Shown: positions 9,557-18,665 of the stretch, piece after piece | Layout: each line of letters opens with the position of its first letter | How positions within the stretch are numbered: the stretch's first letter is position 1 | Virus record (IMG/VR): IMGVR_UViG_3300025617_000018 | Span: 287 to 64,286 of that record | Length of the DNA: 64,000 nucleotides | DNA from: a virus | Lineage: Duplodnaviria; Caudoviricetes | Direction: 5' to 3' (one strand) | Position numbers and translations under genes: made by a program | Notes under the pieces: model-generated | Databases searched by the model: none | What the model was told of the DNA's origin: nothing | Seen by the model: only the letters and a program-made list of their open reading frames with translations

Positions 9557-10020
9557 TATGCATTGATTCCTTCGCTGTATGTAGTCTTACCGTCTACACG
9601 ACTTGCAGTAAGAATGCTTCTGCGGTTTTCACCGTCTGCTTTGTAAGAAACATGTACCCAGCCTGAATCTGGAATGCCTGGAGTGTAAAACTCAAGGATT
9701 AGTTGATCAAACTCTAAGTTGTCACGAATCCACTCTGCTAGTTCTGCATTTGGAACACCCGGACATTCAATGTCTGCTGCTTCACCTTTGCAGTGTTGTG
9801 AAGTTGCTGAACCACCAACTGCTTCGTTTAACTCTGGTGAACGATAACCACTGTTTAGTACAGTAGGACCAAAGTGATCACGCACTGGCTGTACAACATT
9901 TTCAAATAGTGCAACTGCTGCATCTAAGTGATCACCTTGTGGTGTATTGTCAATACCCTTACGCTCTGCTGTTTGGCTCTTTGTAAATTCAGCCATTGAA
10001 AAATTCTTTGATAATTGCAT
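9556..10020 (-). CDS. Peptidase M15A endolysin (D-Ala-D-Ala carboxypeptidase family)
   Basis: SGYRS, SQHCKGEAADI and WVHVS zinc-peptidase motifs. Confidence 0.9.
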   Translation of the reverse strand: MQLSKNFSMAEFTKSQTAERKGIDNTPQGDHLDAAVALFENVVQPVRDHFGPTVLNSGYRSPELNEAVGGSATSQHCKGEAADIECPGVPNAELAEWIRDNLEFDQLILEFYTPGIPDSGWVHVSYKADGENRRSILTASRVDGKTTYSEGINA

Positions 10021-10733
10021 TATTTCCTCCTAACTACTAGTGTTTTGTCTGCATTTTCAAAAGTTAATAAGTCACCAAATTTGGTGATATTGTAATCGCC
10101 TATGTATTTGCTTAAAAATATAATTTCAGCAAAGTCATTGACATTTATTGATTCTTTGATTGACTTCAATGTAGGAGTTGTGTCACCAAAATCTACTATT
10201 TCAAAAGCCAACGGATCTGCATATTTTTTTGAAATATGCAAAGTATTACCTAACACATTTATATCTTCTACATAACTTCTATTAAAAAAGTTTTTGTAGT
10301 TTTCCATCATCGACTCTTCTTTTTTAGTCAAGTAAGCATCTTTATCTTGAGGTATAATACTGTCCAAACTTTCTTCGTTAACATCATAACTTGTAAAACT
10401 CTTATAGTATCTAAATCTAGGGTTTTCTATGTTTGCTAGTTTAGTAAAACCATCTACAATTTCTAAAATTTGGGATGGTACTTGACTGTTTCTTTCCATC
10501 TCAACAAACACTTTATATGTACCGTCGCTTTGTTCTGAACTTGTAACATCGCTGTCTAATATAAAATCATATCCTTTTTCAAAAAAGTTCATCAAGTCTT
10601 TTGCAGGTTCTTGACCATTAACACTAAAACTTAAAACTACAATTTCTTCATCGCTGCCCATTTTACTTTTGAAACTATCAATTTCGAAAATATCATTGGC
10701 TAAATCTCTTAAATCGTTTGAACGTAATCCCAT
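10020..10733 (-). CDS. Conserved hypothetical phage protein
   Basis: 237-aa ORF, translationally coupled on both sides. Confidence 0.65.
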   Translation of the reverse strand: MGLRSNDLRDLANDIFEIDSFKSKMGSDEEIVVLSFSVNGQEPAKDLMNFFEKGYDFILDSDVTSSEQSDGTYKVFVEMERNSQVPSQILEIVDGFTKLANIENPRFRYYKSFTSYDVNEESLDSIIPQDKDAYLTKKEESMMENYKNFFNRSYVEDINVLGNTLHISKKYADPLAFEIVDFGDTTPTLKSIKESINVNDFAEIIFLSKYIGDYNITKFGDLLTFENADKTLVVRRK

Positions 10734-11257
10734 TATACTGATACCTCTGTTCCGTCTGATGCTAGTGTATCATCTGCTACTACATCTGCTTCTTGCGGCA
10801 TTCCTTGTACATCCATCATAGTTTCGTCAGTTTCTATATTTTTTGCAAAAGAAGAATACATATCCATTACTAAACTCTTAGGCATTTGAATTTCAACAAT
10901 CCAAATAGGATGTCTTTCTAGTTTGCCTCGCTTGGTCCCAGGACGAAAATCTTCTTGTTTTTCAATAGTTTTAGGTTTTACATAGTAATCTTTTTTATAA
11001 GACACTTTACAATCGTAGTCTAATAGACGCTTGCCGCCCATTGGATCTGGCATTTTGTCTCTTTCCCACATAAACGAACATGTGATCCAATGTTTTTCAA
11101 TCTTTGGGCCTGCGACTACTTCACCGTCTTCCCAGTTTGCATATACATATACATCAAGTTCGTCTAACACTCTTTCAAAATCTTTCAATACTTGAAAGGC
11201 AGTGTTGCTGTTATATATTAGTTCTACATTTTTTACAATGTCGACAATGTCTTGCAT
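10733..11257 (-). CDS. Conserved hypothetical phage protein
   Basis: ORF with AGGA SD before MQDIVD; alternative start at 11275. Confidence 0.65.
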   Translation of the reverse strand: MQDIVDIVKNVELIYNSNTAFQVLKDFERVLDELDVYVYANWEDGEVVAGPKIEKHWITCSFMWERDKMPDPMGGKRLLDYDCKVSYKKDYYVKPKTIEKQEDFRPGTKRGKLERHPIWIVEIQMPKSLVMDMYSSFAKNIETDETMMDVQGMPQEADVVADDTLASDGTEVSV

Positions 11258-11278
11258 AATATTATTCCTGTTCATAGT

Positions 11279-11338
11279 TATTTATCGTTATTTTTCTTTA
11301 TAGTAGCGTTTTTGTCTTTTATCTCTAGATGCTAAATA
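11279..11338. promoter_or_regulatory. Divergent pair of T4-late-like TAAATA promoters
   Basis: TAAATA on minus (11279-11284) and on plus (11333-11338) in the divergent intergenic gap. Confidence 0.6.
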
Positions 11339-11386
11339 CCTTTGTAAGCATCGTATAGATGTTTGCTACATTCAAAGGAGAACTGA

Positions 11387-12103
11387 ATGGGAGCTAAAAA
11401 AAGCGCCAAACGGCAGTTCAACAACAACTTTTCTAATGTTGTTGACATTAACATTCAAAAGAAAAATCAAGTAAATATACTTCCAAGAAACTTAAATCAA
11501 GAACAATATATCCTTAAACTATTAAATCCTAAAAAAGACATTGTATTTGGCATCGGACCAGCGGGTACGGGTAAAACCATGTTGGCTGTTCAAGTTGCTA
11601 TCAAAATGTTTAAAGAAGGTGAAGTAGATAAGATTATTGTTACAAGACCAGCAGTTTCTGTAGACGAGGATTTAGGATTTTTACCAGGCACACTAGAGGA
11701 AAAAATGGCGCCATGGACAAGACCTATTTTTGATGTTTTTAGAGAGTATTTTACTGCAAACGATATAGAAGGCATGATTCAAGAAGGTATATTAGAAATA
11801 GCACCACTAGCATATATGAGAGGCAGAACTTTTAAAGACGCTTACATTATTGCTGACGAGATGCAAAATGCAACACCTAATCAAATGAAAATGCTGTTAA
11901 CTCGTTTAGGAGAGAATGCTAGGATGGCTGTAACAGGAGATTTAGCACAAGCTGACAGGCGACACGACAACGGATTGTTGGATTTTATCCAACACATGGA
12001 ATCAAGCAATGTCGAACATTTGGACATAGTCCGCTTTGAACAAAAGGATATTGAAAGACACGAGGCAGTAAAAGAAGTCCTCCAAATATATGGAGATGAG
12101 TAA
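11387..12103 (+). CDS. phoH: PhoH family ATPase
   Basis: GPAGTGKT, LGFLPG, YMRGRTF, DEMQN, GDLAQ; AAGGAG SD. Confidence 0.95.
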   Translation: MGAKKSAKRQFNNNFSNVVDINIQKKNQVNILPRNLNQEQYILKLLNPKKDIVFGIGPAGTGKTMLAVQVAIKMFKEGEVDKIIVTRPAVSVDEDLGFLPGTLEEKMAPWTRPIFDVFREYFTANDIEGMIQEGILEIAPLAYMRGRTFKDAYIIADEMQNATPNQMKMLLTRLGENARMAVTGDLAQADRRHDNGLLDFIQHMESSNVEHLDIVRFEQKDIERHEAVKEVLQIYGDE

Positions 12104-12104
12104 T

Positions 12105-12127
12105 AAGAGGGGCGATATGCCCCTTTT
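12105..12127. terminator. Intrinsic terminator between convergent phoH and dCMP deaminase genes
   Basis: AAGAGGGGC-GATAT-GCCCCTTTT hairpin. Confidence 0.75.
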
Positions 12128-12617
12128 ATACCTTTGTAACTTCTATTTTTGATTTGCGTAAAAAATCGACGCCATCTTTACTGCGATATTCAGTTTTGTA
12201 GTACACGGATACTATTCCGCTTTGATAGATTAGTTTAGCACAATCTATACAAGGTGCGTGAGTAATAAAGATTGTTGCACCTTCTGCACTTTCTGAACTA
12301 CGTGCTAACTTCGAGACGGCGTTCGCTTCTGCATGTAATACCTCTGGTTTACTTTTTAGTTTGTATCTTCCATTTTTATCTTCGTACGGAAATATTTGTT
12401 CTAGTTCTCCAGGAATACGCATGTGATCATCTTCAGGAGTCATATAGATTTTATTCTCGCAACAGTTTTCCCAGCCACTGGGCATGCCGTTGTAACCAAT
12501 ACTAATAATACGATCATCTTTTACAACAATCGCACCTACTTGTAGACGGTGTGCAGAACTAAGTTGTGCAAATCGTTCTGCAACATCCATATATGCATTA
12601 ATAAACTTATCCTTCAT
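12126..12617 (-). CDS. dCMP deaminase
   Basis: GYNG, HAEANA and PCIDC zinc motifs. Confidence 0.92.
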   Translation of the reverse strand: MKDKFINAYMDVAERFAQLSSAHRLQVGAIVVKDDRIISIGYNGMPSGWENCCENKIYMTPEDDHMRIPGELEQIFPYEDKNGRYKLKSKPEVLHAEANAVSKLARSSESAEGATIFITHAPCIDCAKLIYQSGIVSVYYKTEYRSKDGVDFLRKSKIEVTKV

Positions 12618-12625
12618 AGGATTAT

Positions 12626-12781
12626 TTATTTGTTGTTCCAAGTTACTCCACAGAAGTAATCACCTTTGGGGCATTGTCCATTGTTAAATCCAATGTTGCG
12701 ATTTTCACCACCGCCTAAAAATGCAAACACACCTGCGGTTGCACCAAACATTAGTACCATTCCTACTATTACTTCTTTCAT
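12626..12781 (-). CDS. Small membrane-anchored protein (51 aa, not in ORF track)
   Basis: Hand translation MKEVIVGMVLMFGATAGVFAFLGGGENRNIGFNNGQCPKGDYFCGVTWNNK; ATGA overlap with the glyA stop. Confidence 0.6.
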   Translation of the reverse strand: MKEVIVGMVLMFGATAGVFAFLGGGENRNIGFNNGQCPKGDYFCGVTWNNK

Positions 12782-13917
12782 GATAAAATCTCCACGATTC
12801 TTTCTGCTAATTGTTTAAACCATTCAGCGTCCCTGCCTCGTGTAGTTTCTGCAGCTGTGCCAAGTCTGATACCACTTGTTTCTACAAAACTTCGTGGATC
12901 ATTTGGTACGCCGTTCTTGTTTACTGTGATGCCATTCTCTTCCAATAAGTCTGCGGCTTCGCGACCTGAATATTTACTTTCACTCAAGTCAAGTAATAGT
13001 ATATGACTATCTGTGCCGCCTGTCAACAGTTTAAAGCCGTTGTCTACAAATACTCGTGCCATTGTCTGTGCATTTGCTACAACTGCTGAAGCATAGCTAA
13101 TAAACTCGTCTGTGTTTGCTTCTGCGAATGCTTGTGCTTTAGCGGCAATAATATTCATTAATGGTCCGCCTTGGGTTCCTGGAAAAATAGCTGAGTTGAT
13201 CTTTTTAGTAAAGAACTCGTCGTTCCAAAGAATAATACCTCCTCTAGGACCGCGTAGCGTCTTATGTGTAGTACTAGTGACCACATCTGCATAATCGCAC
13301 GGATTAGGATATGCTTTGCCTGCGATCAGACCACTGTAATGTGCCATATCGACCATAAAGATTGCTCCTACTTGATCTGCAATGTGTCTCATCTTTTCCC
13401 AGTCAATTCGTCTTGGATATGCACTTGCACCTGCTATAATCATAGAGGGTTCTACTTCCAGTGCTTGTTTCATAATGTCATCATAGTCCAGCCAACCTTC
13501 ATCGTTTACACCATAACTGTGTGCTTCAAACCATTTGCCACTAAGGTTAGCAGGAGAACCGTGTGACAAGTGTCCACCACTTGCCAGGTCCATGCCTAAG
13601 ATTTTATCACCTGGTTCCAAGAACGCTTTGAAAACAGCCAAGTTAGCATTAGCACCGGAGTGTGGTTGAACATTGGCAAACTCACAACCGTAAATAGCTT
13701 TTAGCTCGTCTATTGCAAGTTGTTCAATTTCATCCATATGTTCACAACCGTTGTAGTAACGCTTGCCTGGATAACCTTCTGCGTACTTGTTAGTAAAACA
13801 ACTACCTGCAAGATCCATAACAGCATCACTGGCAAAGTTTTCACTTGCAATCAATTCTATTGTTGTAGTTTGTCTATGTGTTTCTTTAGCGAGAATATCA
13901 CTGATTCGTTGATCCAT
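12778..13917 (-). CDS. glyA: Serine hydroxymethyltransferase
   Basis: LIASENF, NKYAEGYPGKRYY, GGHLSHG, TTHKTLRGPRGG (PLP lysine). Confidence 0.97.
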   Translation of the reverse strand: MDQRISDILAKETHRQTTTIELIASENFASDAVMDLAGSCFTNKYAEGYPGKRYYNGCEHMDEIEQLAIDELKAIYGCEFANVQPHSGANANLAVFKAFLEPGDKILGMDLASGGHLSHGSPANLSGKWFEAHSYGVNDEGWLDYDDIMKQALEVEPSMIIAGASAYPRRIDWEKMRHIADQVGAIFMVDMAHYSGLIAGKAYPNPCDYADVVTSTTHKTLRGPRGGIILWNDEFFTKKINSAIFPGTQGGPLMNIIAAKAQAFAEANTDEFISYASAVVANAQTMARVFVDNGFKLLTGGTDSHILLLDLSESKYSGREAADLLEENGITVNKNGVPNDPRSFVETSGIRLGTAAETTRGRDAEWFKQLAERIVEILS

Positions 13918-14074
13918 TTTGTTTCCTTTGATTGTATAATGTTTCTAGGTATTGCAGAGAATCTCTAGTAATACAACTTGCACACTGACTATCATATTCT
14001 CGTAGTCGCTTAACAAGTTCTTTATATGTTTTGTAATCTTTTATGCTTATATATCTACAACTACAAACTATCAT
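13898..14074 (-). CDS. Bfd-like small [2Fe-2S] protein
   Basis: MIVCSC...CASC (C-x-C...C-x2-C) pattern. Confidence 0.55.
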   Translation of the reverse strand: MIVCSCRYISIKDYKTYKELVKRLREYDSQCASCITRDSLQYLETLYNQRKQNGSTNQ

Positions 14075-15198
14075 TTTGTAAACACATAAACACCTTCCCA
14101 CTTTTCACGGCCTGACTTTTTGTCGTTGCCTACGCCTGGGCGAGTGTTCAGCATCATTCTGATTGTCCCGGAATGCGTGAATCCGATGGTTTCGGCGGTG
14201 GCAATCCATCTATCCACGACAGCGTATGATTTATTACCATACGACTTATAGTCTGCGATGTTTGTTGCGAATACACCATCAGAGTTGAGGCCATTATATA
14301 TGTTTCGCATAGTGGGAGCGACATAACCATCAAACCACTCATTAAGTGTTCCATACCTGACCATGCATTGTGTGTCTTCGTCTGAATATTTTTCGAGATT
14401 GAAATATGGTGGGGAAGAGAATGCGCAGTCGATGTCCTGTGGTGTGTAGTCTTCCGATGTCGAACAGTTGATCTCACCTTTAACTCCTATACTTTCTTCT
14501 ATTAACTCATTTAAATAAGTTAAGTATTTAATCGTTTCTGTATTAGGATCTACACCAATATATTGATACTGCATGTTAGAACAACTTGTGCCTAACAGTC
14601 TGCCACCATAGCCCATTGAATAGTCGTAAACCCTGCCCCACATGACAGGACAGAGATGTTCTACAATAGCTCTAGCATTTTGCGGTTTAAAGTTTTGTAT
14701 ATTTTCGCCGGTAACGAGTTCCAAAGAACGTCTGACTGCTGTAGGACGAGCAAGATGTATACCTTCTCGAGCCTCAAAACAAAGTCTAATAGCTCTTTTT
14801 AATTTACGGTCATCGTAAAATCTATCACGGATCGAGTTGTGACCACGACCTTTGGGCTCTGCTGTCATCATGTTAGGAAACAAAAAGCGACTAATAGGCT
14901 GTCCTTTATTGTTTCCTAGTGCAATACGACTATCTCGTACACCGTTGTAGTTGATAGTTTTAAAGTCTCTGATCGCCCGTAACAGTCCCGTTTCAGTGTA
15001 GTAGATGATTGGGACAAGGTTTATGCTACGGTAGAGATCAAAGACTTCATCTACTACCCGATCTGGATCTTTCTTAAAATCAGCTTTAGTATAACTGTCA
15101 AGTTGATCCATAACTGGTTCATACCCGGTAAACTCTTCACCGTGTATGTTGTGGTTCTGAATATTCCAGAACTGATAGATGTCAGTTAATGTTGACAT
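14071..15198 (-). CDS. Amino (N4-C/N6-A) DNA methyltransferase
   Basis: SAM-binding YDYSMGYGGRLLG and catalytic FSSPPYF. Confidence 0.85.
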   Translation of the reverse strand: MSTLTDIYQFWNIQNHNIHGEEFTGYEPVMDQLDSYTKADFKKDPDRVVDEVFDLYRSINLVPIIYYTETGLLRAIRDFKTINYNGVRDSRIALGNNKGQPISRFLFPNMMTAEPKGRGHNSIRDRFYDDRKLKRAIRLCFEAREGIHLARPTAVRRSLELVTGENIQNFKPQNARAIVEHLCPVMWGRVYDYSMGYGGRLLGTSCSNMQYQYIGVDPNTETIKYLTYLNELIEESIGVKGEINCSTSEDYTPQDIDCAFSSPPYFNLEKYSDEDTQCMVRYGTLNEWFDGYVAPTMRNIYNGLNSDGVFATNIADYKSYGNKSYAVVDRWIATAETIGFTHSGTIRMMLNTRPGVGNDKKSGREKWEGVYVFTK

Positions 15199-15868
15199 AT
15201 TCCTCTGCTAAAGGAAATATTTCTGTAATCACTTTAGCAACTTCTCGAGCAATGTCCATATGCTCTTTCTGTGTACCATTTGCTGCTCGTAGTTCAATGT
15301 AATGGATCCAAGATCGCAAAGTTCCATTCATATACATACGACTTACTGTGTTACCTTCCGGTAGTACTGCTCTAGCTTGTTCTTTTGCAATGCCTCTATT
15401 TATTGCCCACTCGTAGGCCTTAGTTGCAGCAAAGATCACATCCTGCTGTAGTTCTTCCCAACGAATCAAAGTTGCTTGATCTTCTTCAGTGCTTAAATCT
15501 AATTCTACTGAGTTTTGACGATTTTTAGTGTCTTGTAATCTTGCTTCGCGAACTTCAAATTGTAAATCCTCTAAGGGATTAGCATAACGCTGAGAGAACT
15601 CTTGAAAACTGAAACTACGATGACGCAAAATCTGTCTAGCGATATCTCTTGTTGTTTCAATCTCTAGGCAAGCAGATACCATTTCAAACGGCGACCAATG
15701 CTTATGCTTCGCAAGGTAGTTGAGTAGTTTAGTAGAGGTCTCTGTATTATACTGATTTGATGGATTAGATACTCTAGCCGCATACGCAATAAGATCCTGC
15801 ACATCTTCTAATCCTTCTTCTAAAAACTCTTTGCTCGGTTGTGAATAACTTACTAATTTAACTTTCAT
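15182..15868 (-). CDS. thyX: Flavin-dependent thymidylate synthase
   Basis: HWSPFE and RHRSFSFQEFSQRY ThyX signature. Confidence 0.96.
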   Translation of the reverse strand: MKVKLVSYSQPSKEFLEEGLEDVQDLIAYAARVSNPSNQYNTETSTKLLNYLAKHKHWSPFEMVSACLEIETTRDIARQILRHRSFSFQEFSQRYANPLEDLQFEVREARLQDTKNRQNSVELDLSTEEDQATLIRWEELQQDVIFAATKAYEWAINRGIAKEQARAVLPEGNTVSRMYMNGTLRSWIHYIELRAANGTQKEHMDIAREVAKVITEIFPLAEEYVNIN

Positions 15869-16216
15869 TTAATCTCCTTCGCCTGGGTTGGGTGAAAAGT
15901 GTTCTTCATATTTGTTAGGCACATCGGCCCATTCTTCTGCGTCAGCAGGTGCATCTTTTTGCTGTGTGATGTTTGGCCAAATCAGACTATATTGTGTGTT
16001 AATATCCATCCACTTTTCTCTCTCAGCGTCATCTAGCGCAGAATCGAGTACAATAGCGTCAACTGGACACTCGGGCTCGCATACACCGCAATCAATACAT
16101 TCCATCGGATTGATTGCTAAAAAGTTCTCGCCTTCATAAAAACAATCTACAGGGCAAACTTCAACGCAATCAGTGTGTTTACATTTTACACAGTTATCTG
16201 TTACTAAGTATGTCAT
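15869..16216 (-). CDS. fdxA: 7Fe ferredoxin (FdxA type)
   Basis: [18 protein letters not shown] and [12 protein letters not shown]; C-terminus [10 protein letters not shown]. Confidence 0.92.
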   Translation of the reverse strand: MTYLVTDNCVKCKHTDCVEVCPVDCFYEGENFLAINPMECIDCGVCEPECPVDAIVLDSALDDAEREKWMDINTQYSLIWPNITQQKDAPADAEEWADVPNKYEEHFSPNPGEGD

Positions 16217-17130
16217 TAAATTCTTCCTAACCTAATAAGTGTAGCTGCAAGATTAATTTCTGGATCAGCAACAAGGGTGTGGTCTACTAGACCTTGTTTA
16301 ATAGTTAGCACTGCTGTATCTTGTTGTTCATCACTTCCGAACAGTTCAATGTTATCATACAGCCAGCGATAGATTTCTTCCATCTCTTCTGGGCGGACCG
16401 TACCGCATAATAGTTTACGAGCTTCTGCAATCTTGCCTGCCTTGAATAACTCAACCATGTCAAGTTTCCAGTCGCTTTCGCCTGTGTCACCTTCGTGTGG
16501 AGCAAGCAGGCTATTGTCTTGACAGTTCATTTGCACCATATTAATACATTTACGCAAATCAGGATATGTTGCTTTTACATAAGTGTCAAGAATGTCAAGA
16601 TTTGGAGTTACGCCTTCTGTGATTAAAATCTCTGCTACACGAGCTGTGAATTCAGTTTGGTCAATTTTAGCAATATGAAAGCCTTGACAACGACTGTGTA
16701 GCGCAGGAATAATACGGTTAGGATAGTTACAAGTAAGAATAAAACGTGCTGTAGTATGATACTCTTCCATAACACCACGCAGTGCTGCCTGTGCGTTTGG
16801 CGACAAGTAATCAGCCTCATCTAGTAGCACAACCTTAAAGTCACCGAACGGAATCATTTGTACGAAGTTTACAATCTTGTCGCGAACATCATCTACACTG
16901 TTTGTACGACTAGCGTTGATTTCCAAGACGTCTAGATCGTTGACGTCTAACTCGTTGAATAACAATTTTGCCAATGTTGTTTTTCCGATTCCAGCATTGC
17001 CTGAAAACAGCAAGTGCGGGATTGTTTTGTCTTTGATCCATGTCTTTACCTGTGCCTTTTGTGCCTCATCACGGAATACATATCCGTCTACGCTTTTAGG
17101 CCTATACTTTTCAACCCATAATTCTTTCAT
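16216..17130 (-). CDS. Clamp loader AAA+ subunit (RFC small / T4 gp44-like)
   Basis: [24 protein letters not shown] motif. Confidence 0.92.
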   Translation of the reverse strand: MKELWVEKYRPKSVDGYVFRDEAQKAQVKTWIKDKTIPHLLFSGNAGIGKTTLAKLLFNELDVNDLDVLEINASRTNSVDDVRDKIVNFVQMIPFGDFKVVLLDEADYLSPNAQAALRGVMEEYHTTARFILTCNYPNRIIPALHSRCQGFHIAKIDQTEFTARVAEILITEGVTPNLDILDTYVKATYPDLRKCINMVQMNCQDNSLLAPHEGDTGESDWKLDMVELFKAGKIAEARKLLCGTVRPEEMEEIYRWLYDNIELFGSDEQQDTAVLTIKQGLVDHTLVADPEINLAATLIRLGRI

Positions 17131-17303
17131 AGTTTAGTTTCTGCCATTACAATTAATCTTGGTTCTTCAGGAATTTCTTGTTTGATTTCTTCTTTTACAG
17201 GCTCTTCTTCTTTAAACCTGTCAAACTCTTTATTCTCTGCTAGTATACTGGATTGTGCCCAGATTGTAAAGAGACTTGCTACAATACTAAATGCTTCAGT
17301 CAC
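17127..17303 (-). CDS. Small hypothetical protein
   Basis: Probable GTG start overlapping the upstream gene end; stop overlaps the clamp loader start. Confidence 0.45.
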   Translation of the reverse strand: MTEAFSIVASLFTIWAQSSILAENKEFDRFKEEEPVKEEIKQEIPEEPRLIVMAETKL

Positions 17304-17463
17304 GCCGTCTGTTCTCCTGTCCAATGCCTGCAATGATTAAAAATATGTATAACAGTGGCCATGCCCATCCTGCTAAATGTCCTGTGGTGTGCAGCACCAT
17401 AAGAGCAATACCTGTTGCTCCTGCTGTACCGATACTTGATAGTTGTCTTTCTGGTAGTCTCAT
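17296..17463 (-). CDS. Small 2-TM membrane protein (55 aa, not in ORF track)
   Basis: Hand translation MRLPERQLSSIGTAGATGIALMVLHTTGHLAGWAWPLLYIFLIIAGIGQENRRRD; strong TAAGGAG SD. Confidence 0.7.
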   Translation of the reverse strand: MRLPERQLSSIGTAGATGIALMVLHTTGHLAGWAWPLLYIFLIIAGIGQENRRRD

Positions 17464-17467
17464 GAAA

Positions 17468-17515
17468 ACTCCTTATACTTCCTATTAATATAGCATAAAA
17501 AGTATAAGGAGTCAA
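17468..17515 (-). promoter_or_regulatory. Sigma70-type promoter embedded in an SD-sequestering 13-bp inverted repeat
   Basis: TTGACT-17-TATATT; arms ACTCCTTATACTT / AAGTATAAGGAGT. Confidence 0.7.
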
Positions 17516-17519
17516 GTGA

Positions 17520-17873
17520 TTATTTTACAAACTGTGCGAGCTCTGGAGCCTTCCATCCTTCTGGTTTGAGAACCTTACCATCTTCGCGTTTGCGTACTTT
17601 GCCTGTCTCTGGATCAATCTTTGCAAAGTTAGTTTTCATAACTTCTTCCCAAGCACCTTCTCCGTCCCATCCAGCGGCCCGGATAGCACCCATAGTAACA
17701 ACTAGAATATCGATAAGTGCATCTAATTGTTCTACTTTGTCGTCATCAAAGATTGCTGTAACAAGTTCGTCGTATTCTTCTTTAATCAAGCCTTGATACA
17801 TTGCATAGTTGGCTGCACTAGGCTCTTGATCACACGCAGTTTGAAACGTGTCAATATCTTTAAACGGATTCAT
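17520..17873 (-). CDS. MazG-like NTP pyrophosphohydrolase (PRA-PH / DR2231 family)
   Basis: EEYDEL...DALID...NFAK...REDGKVLKPEGW. Confidence 0.85.
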   Translation of the reverse strand: MNPFKDIDTFQTACDQEPSAANYAMYQGLIKEEYDELVTAIFDDDKVEQLDALIDILVVTMGAIRAAGWDGEGAWEEVMKTNFAKIDPETGKVRKREDGKVLKPEGWKAPELAQFVK

Positions 17874-18277
17874 TAATACCTCACAAAATCTTCTGGACTA
17901 TGAGAATCGGGACTACTTGCATATTCTTCGCCTAGTTGTACATCCTCAGGTTTTTCTTTACTCATACAGAGAACACTTTCCGCCTCAACCATACGTAGTT
18001 CAACTTCTTCACCGTCCAATTCAATATTTAATCCTCGAGTCCAACGTCCGTGTTCTACGAGAATCCAATCACCTACTTCGTATTCGTCTTTGTTTAGTGG
18101 ACCTTTGGCATAAACTTTTGCCCAGCGTGGATAAACTCCGCGAGTAGTGCCGTTATCATTTCCAATTACAATACCACTTGCTGTGGTTTGTTCGCCAAAA
18201 TACATATCTCTAACAATAACTCGATCTGTTACTGCCCGAATACTTTTTGCTTGAATAGTATTAATATTTAAAGCCAT
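17873..18277 (-). CDS. GroES-like co-chaperonin
   Basis: DRVIVR...TTASGIVI mobile loop...KVYAKGP...VGDWILV. Confidence 0.8.
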   Translation of the reverse strand: MALNINTIQAKSIRAVTDRVIVRDMYFGEQTTASGIVIGNDNGTTRGVYPRWAKVYAKGPLNKDEYEVGDWILVEHGRWTRGLNIELDGEEVELRMVEAESVLCMSKEKPEDVQLGEEYASSPDSHSPEDFVRY

Positions 18278-18636
18278 TATTCACCTTTTTGTACAAAATT
18301 GCCATCTTCATCTTCCACCCATTCTTCTTCAACAACAGGTTCTTTTGTTTTCTTAGTAGTAGTTTTTGTAATACGTTCTTGTACAGGTTCTTCTGCTTTT
18401 TTAGAACGATTTGGTGTTTGATCTACAGCAGCATTTTCTGATTGATAGTATTCTTTTACAATATCTTCTTTTTTGCGGATGATTTTGCCGCCTGGGCCTA
18501 GTTCGTCGCCGCGGGCATTAACTCTAGCATTGCCTACTGCTGGTGTTAACTCGTTTCTTTTACGAAGTAAGTCCATGTCAACAGTCTTACCCTGCATTGT
18601 TTTATAGACTTTACGTCCTGATTGTTTCATAGCCAT
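18277..18636 (-). CDS. Conserved hypothetical phage protein
   Basis: AGGAG SD, TAAATA motif upstream; AVGNARVNARGDELGPGG motif. Confidence 0.65.
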   Translation of the reverse strand: MAMKQSGRKVYKTMQGKTVDMDLLRKRNELTPAVGNARVNARGDELGPGGKIIRKKEDIVKEYYQSENAAVDQTPNRSKKAEEPVQERITKTTTKKTKEPVVEEEWVEDEDGNFVQKGE

Positions 18637-18665
18637 TGCTATTCTCCTAAGTTATATACGCATAT

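Noticed and set aside
17300-17515. 71-aa ORF from the track
   Set aside because: It starts inside the promoter; a 55-aa ORF in another frame (17296-17463) has a strong SD and a coherent 2-TM profile
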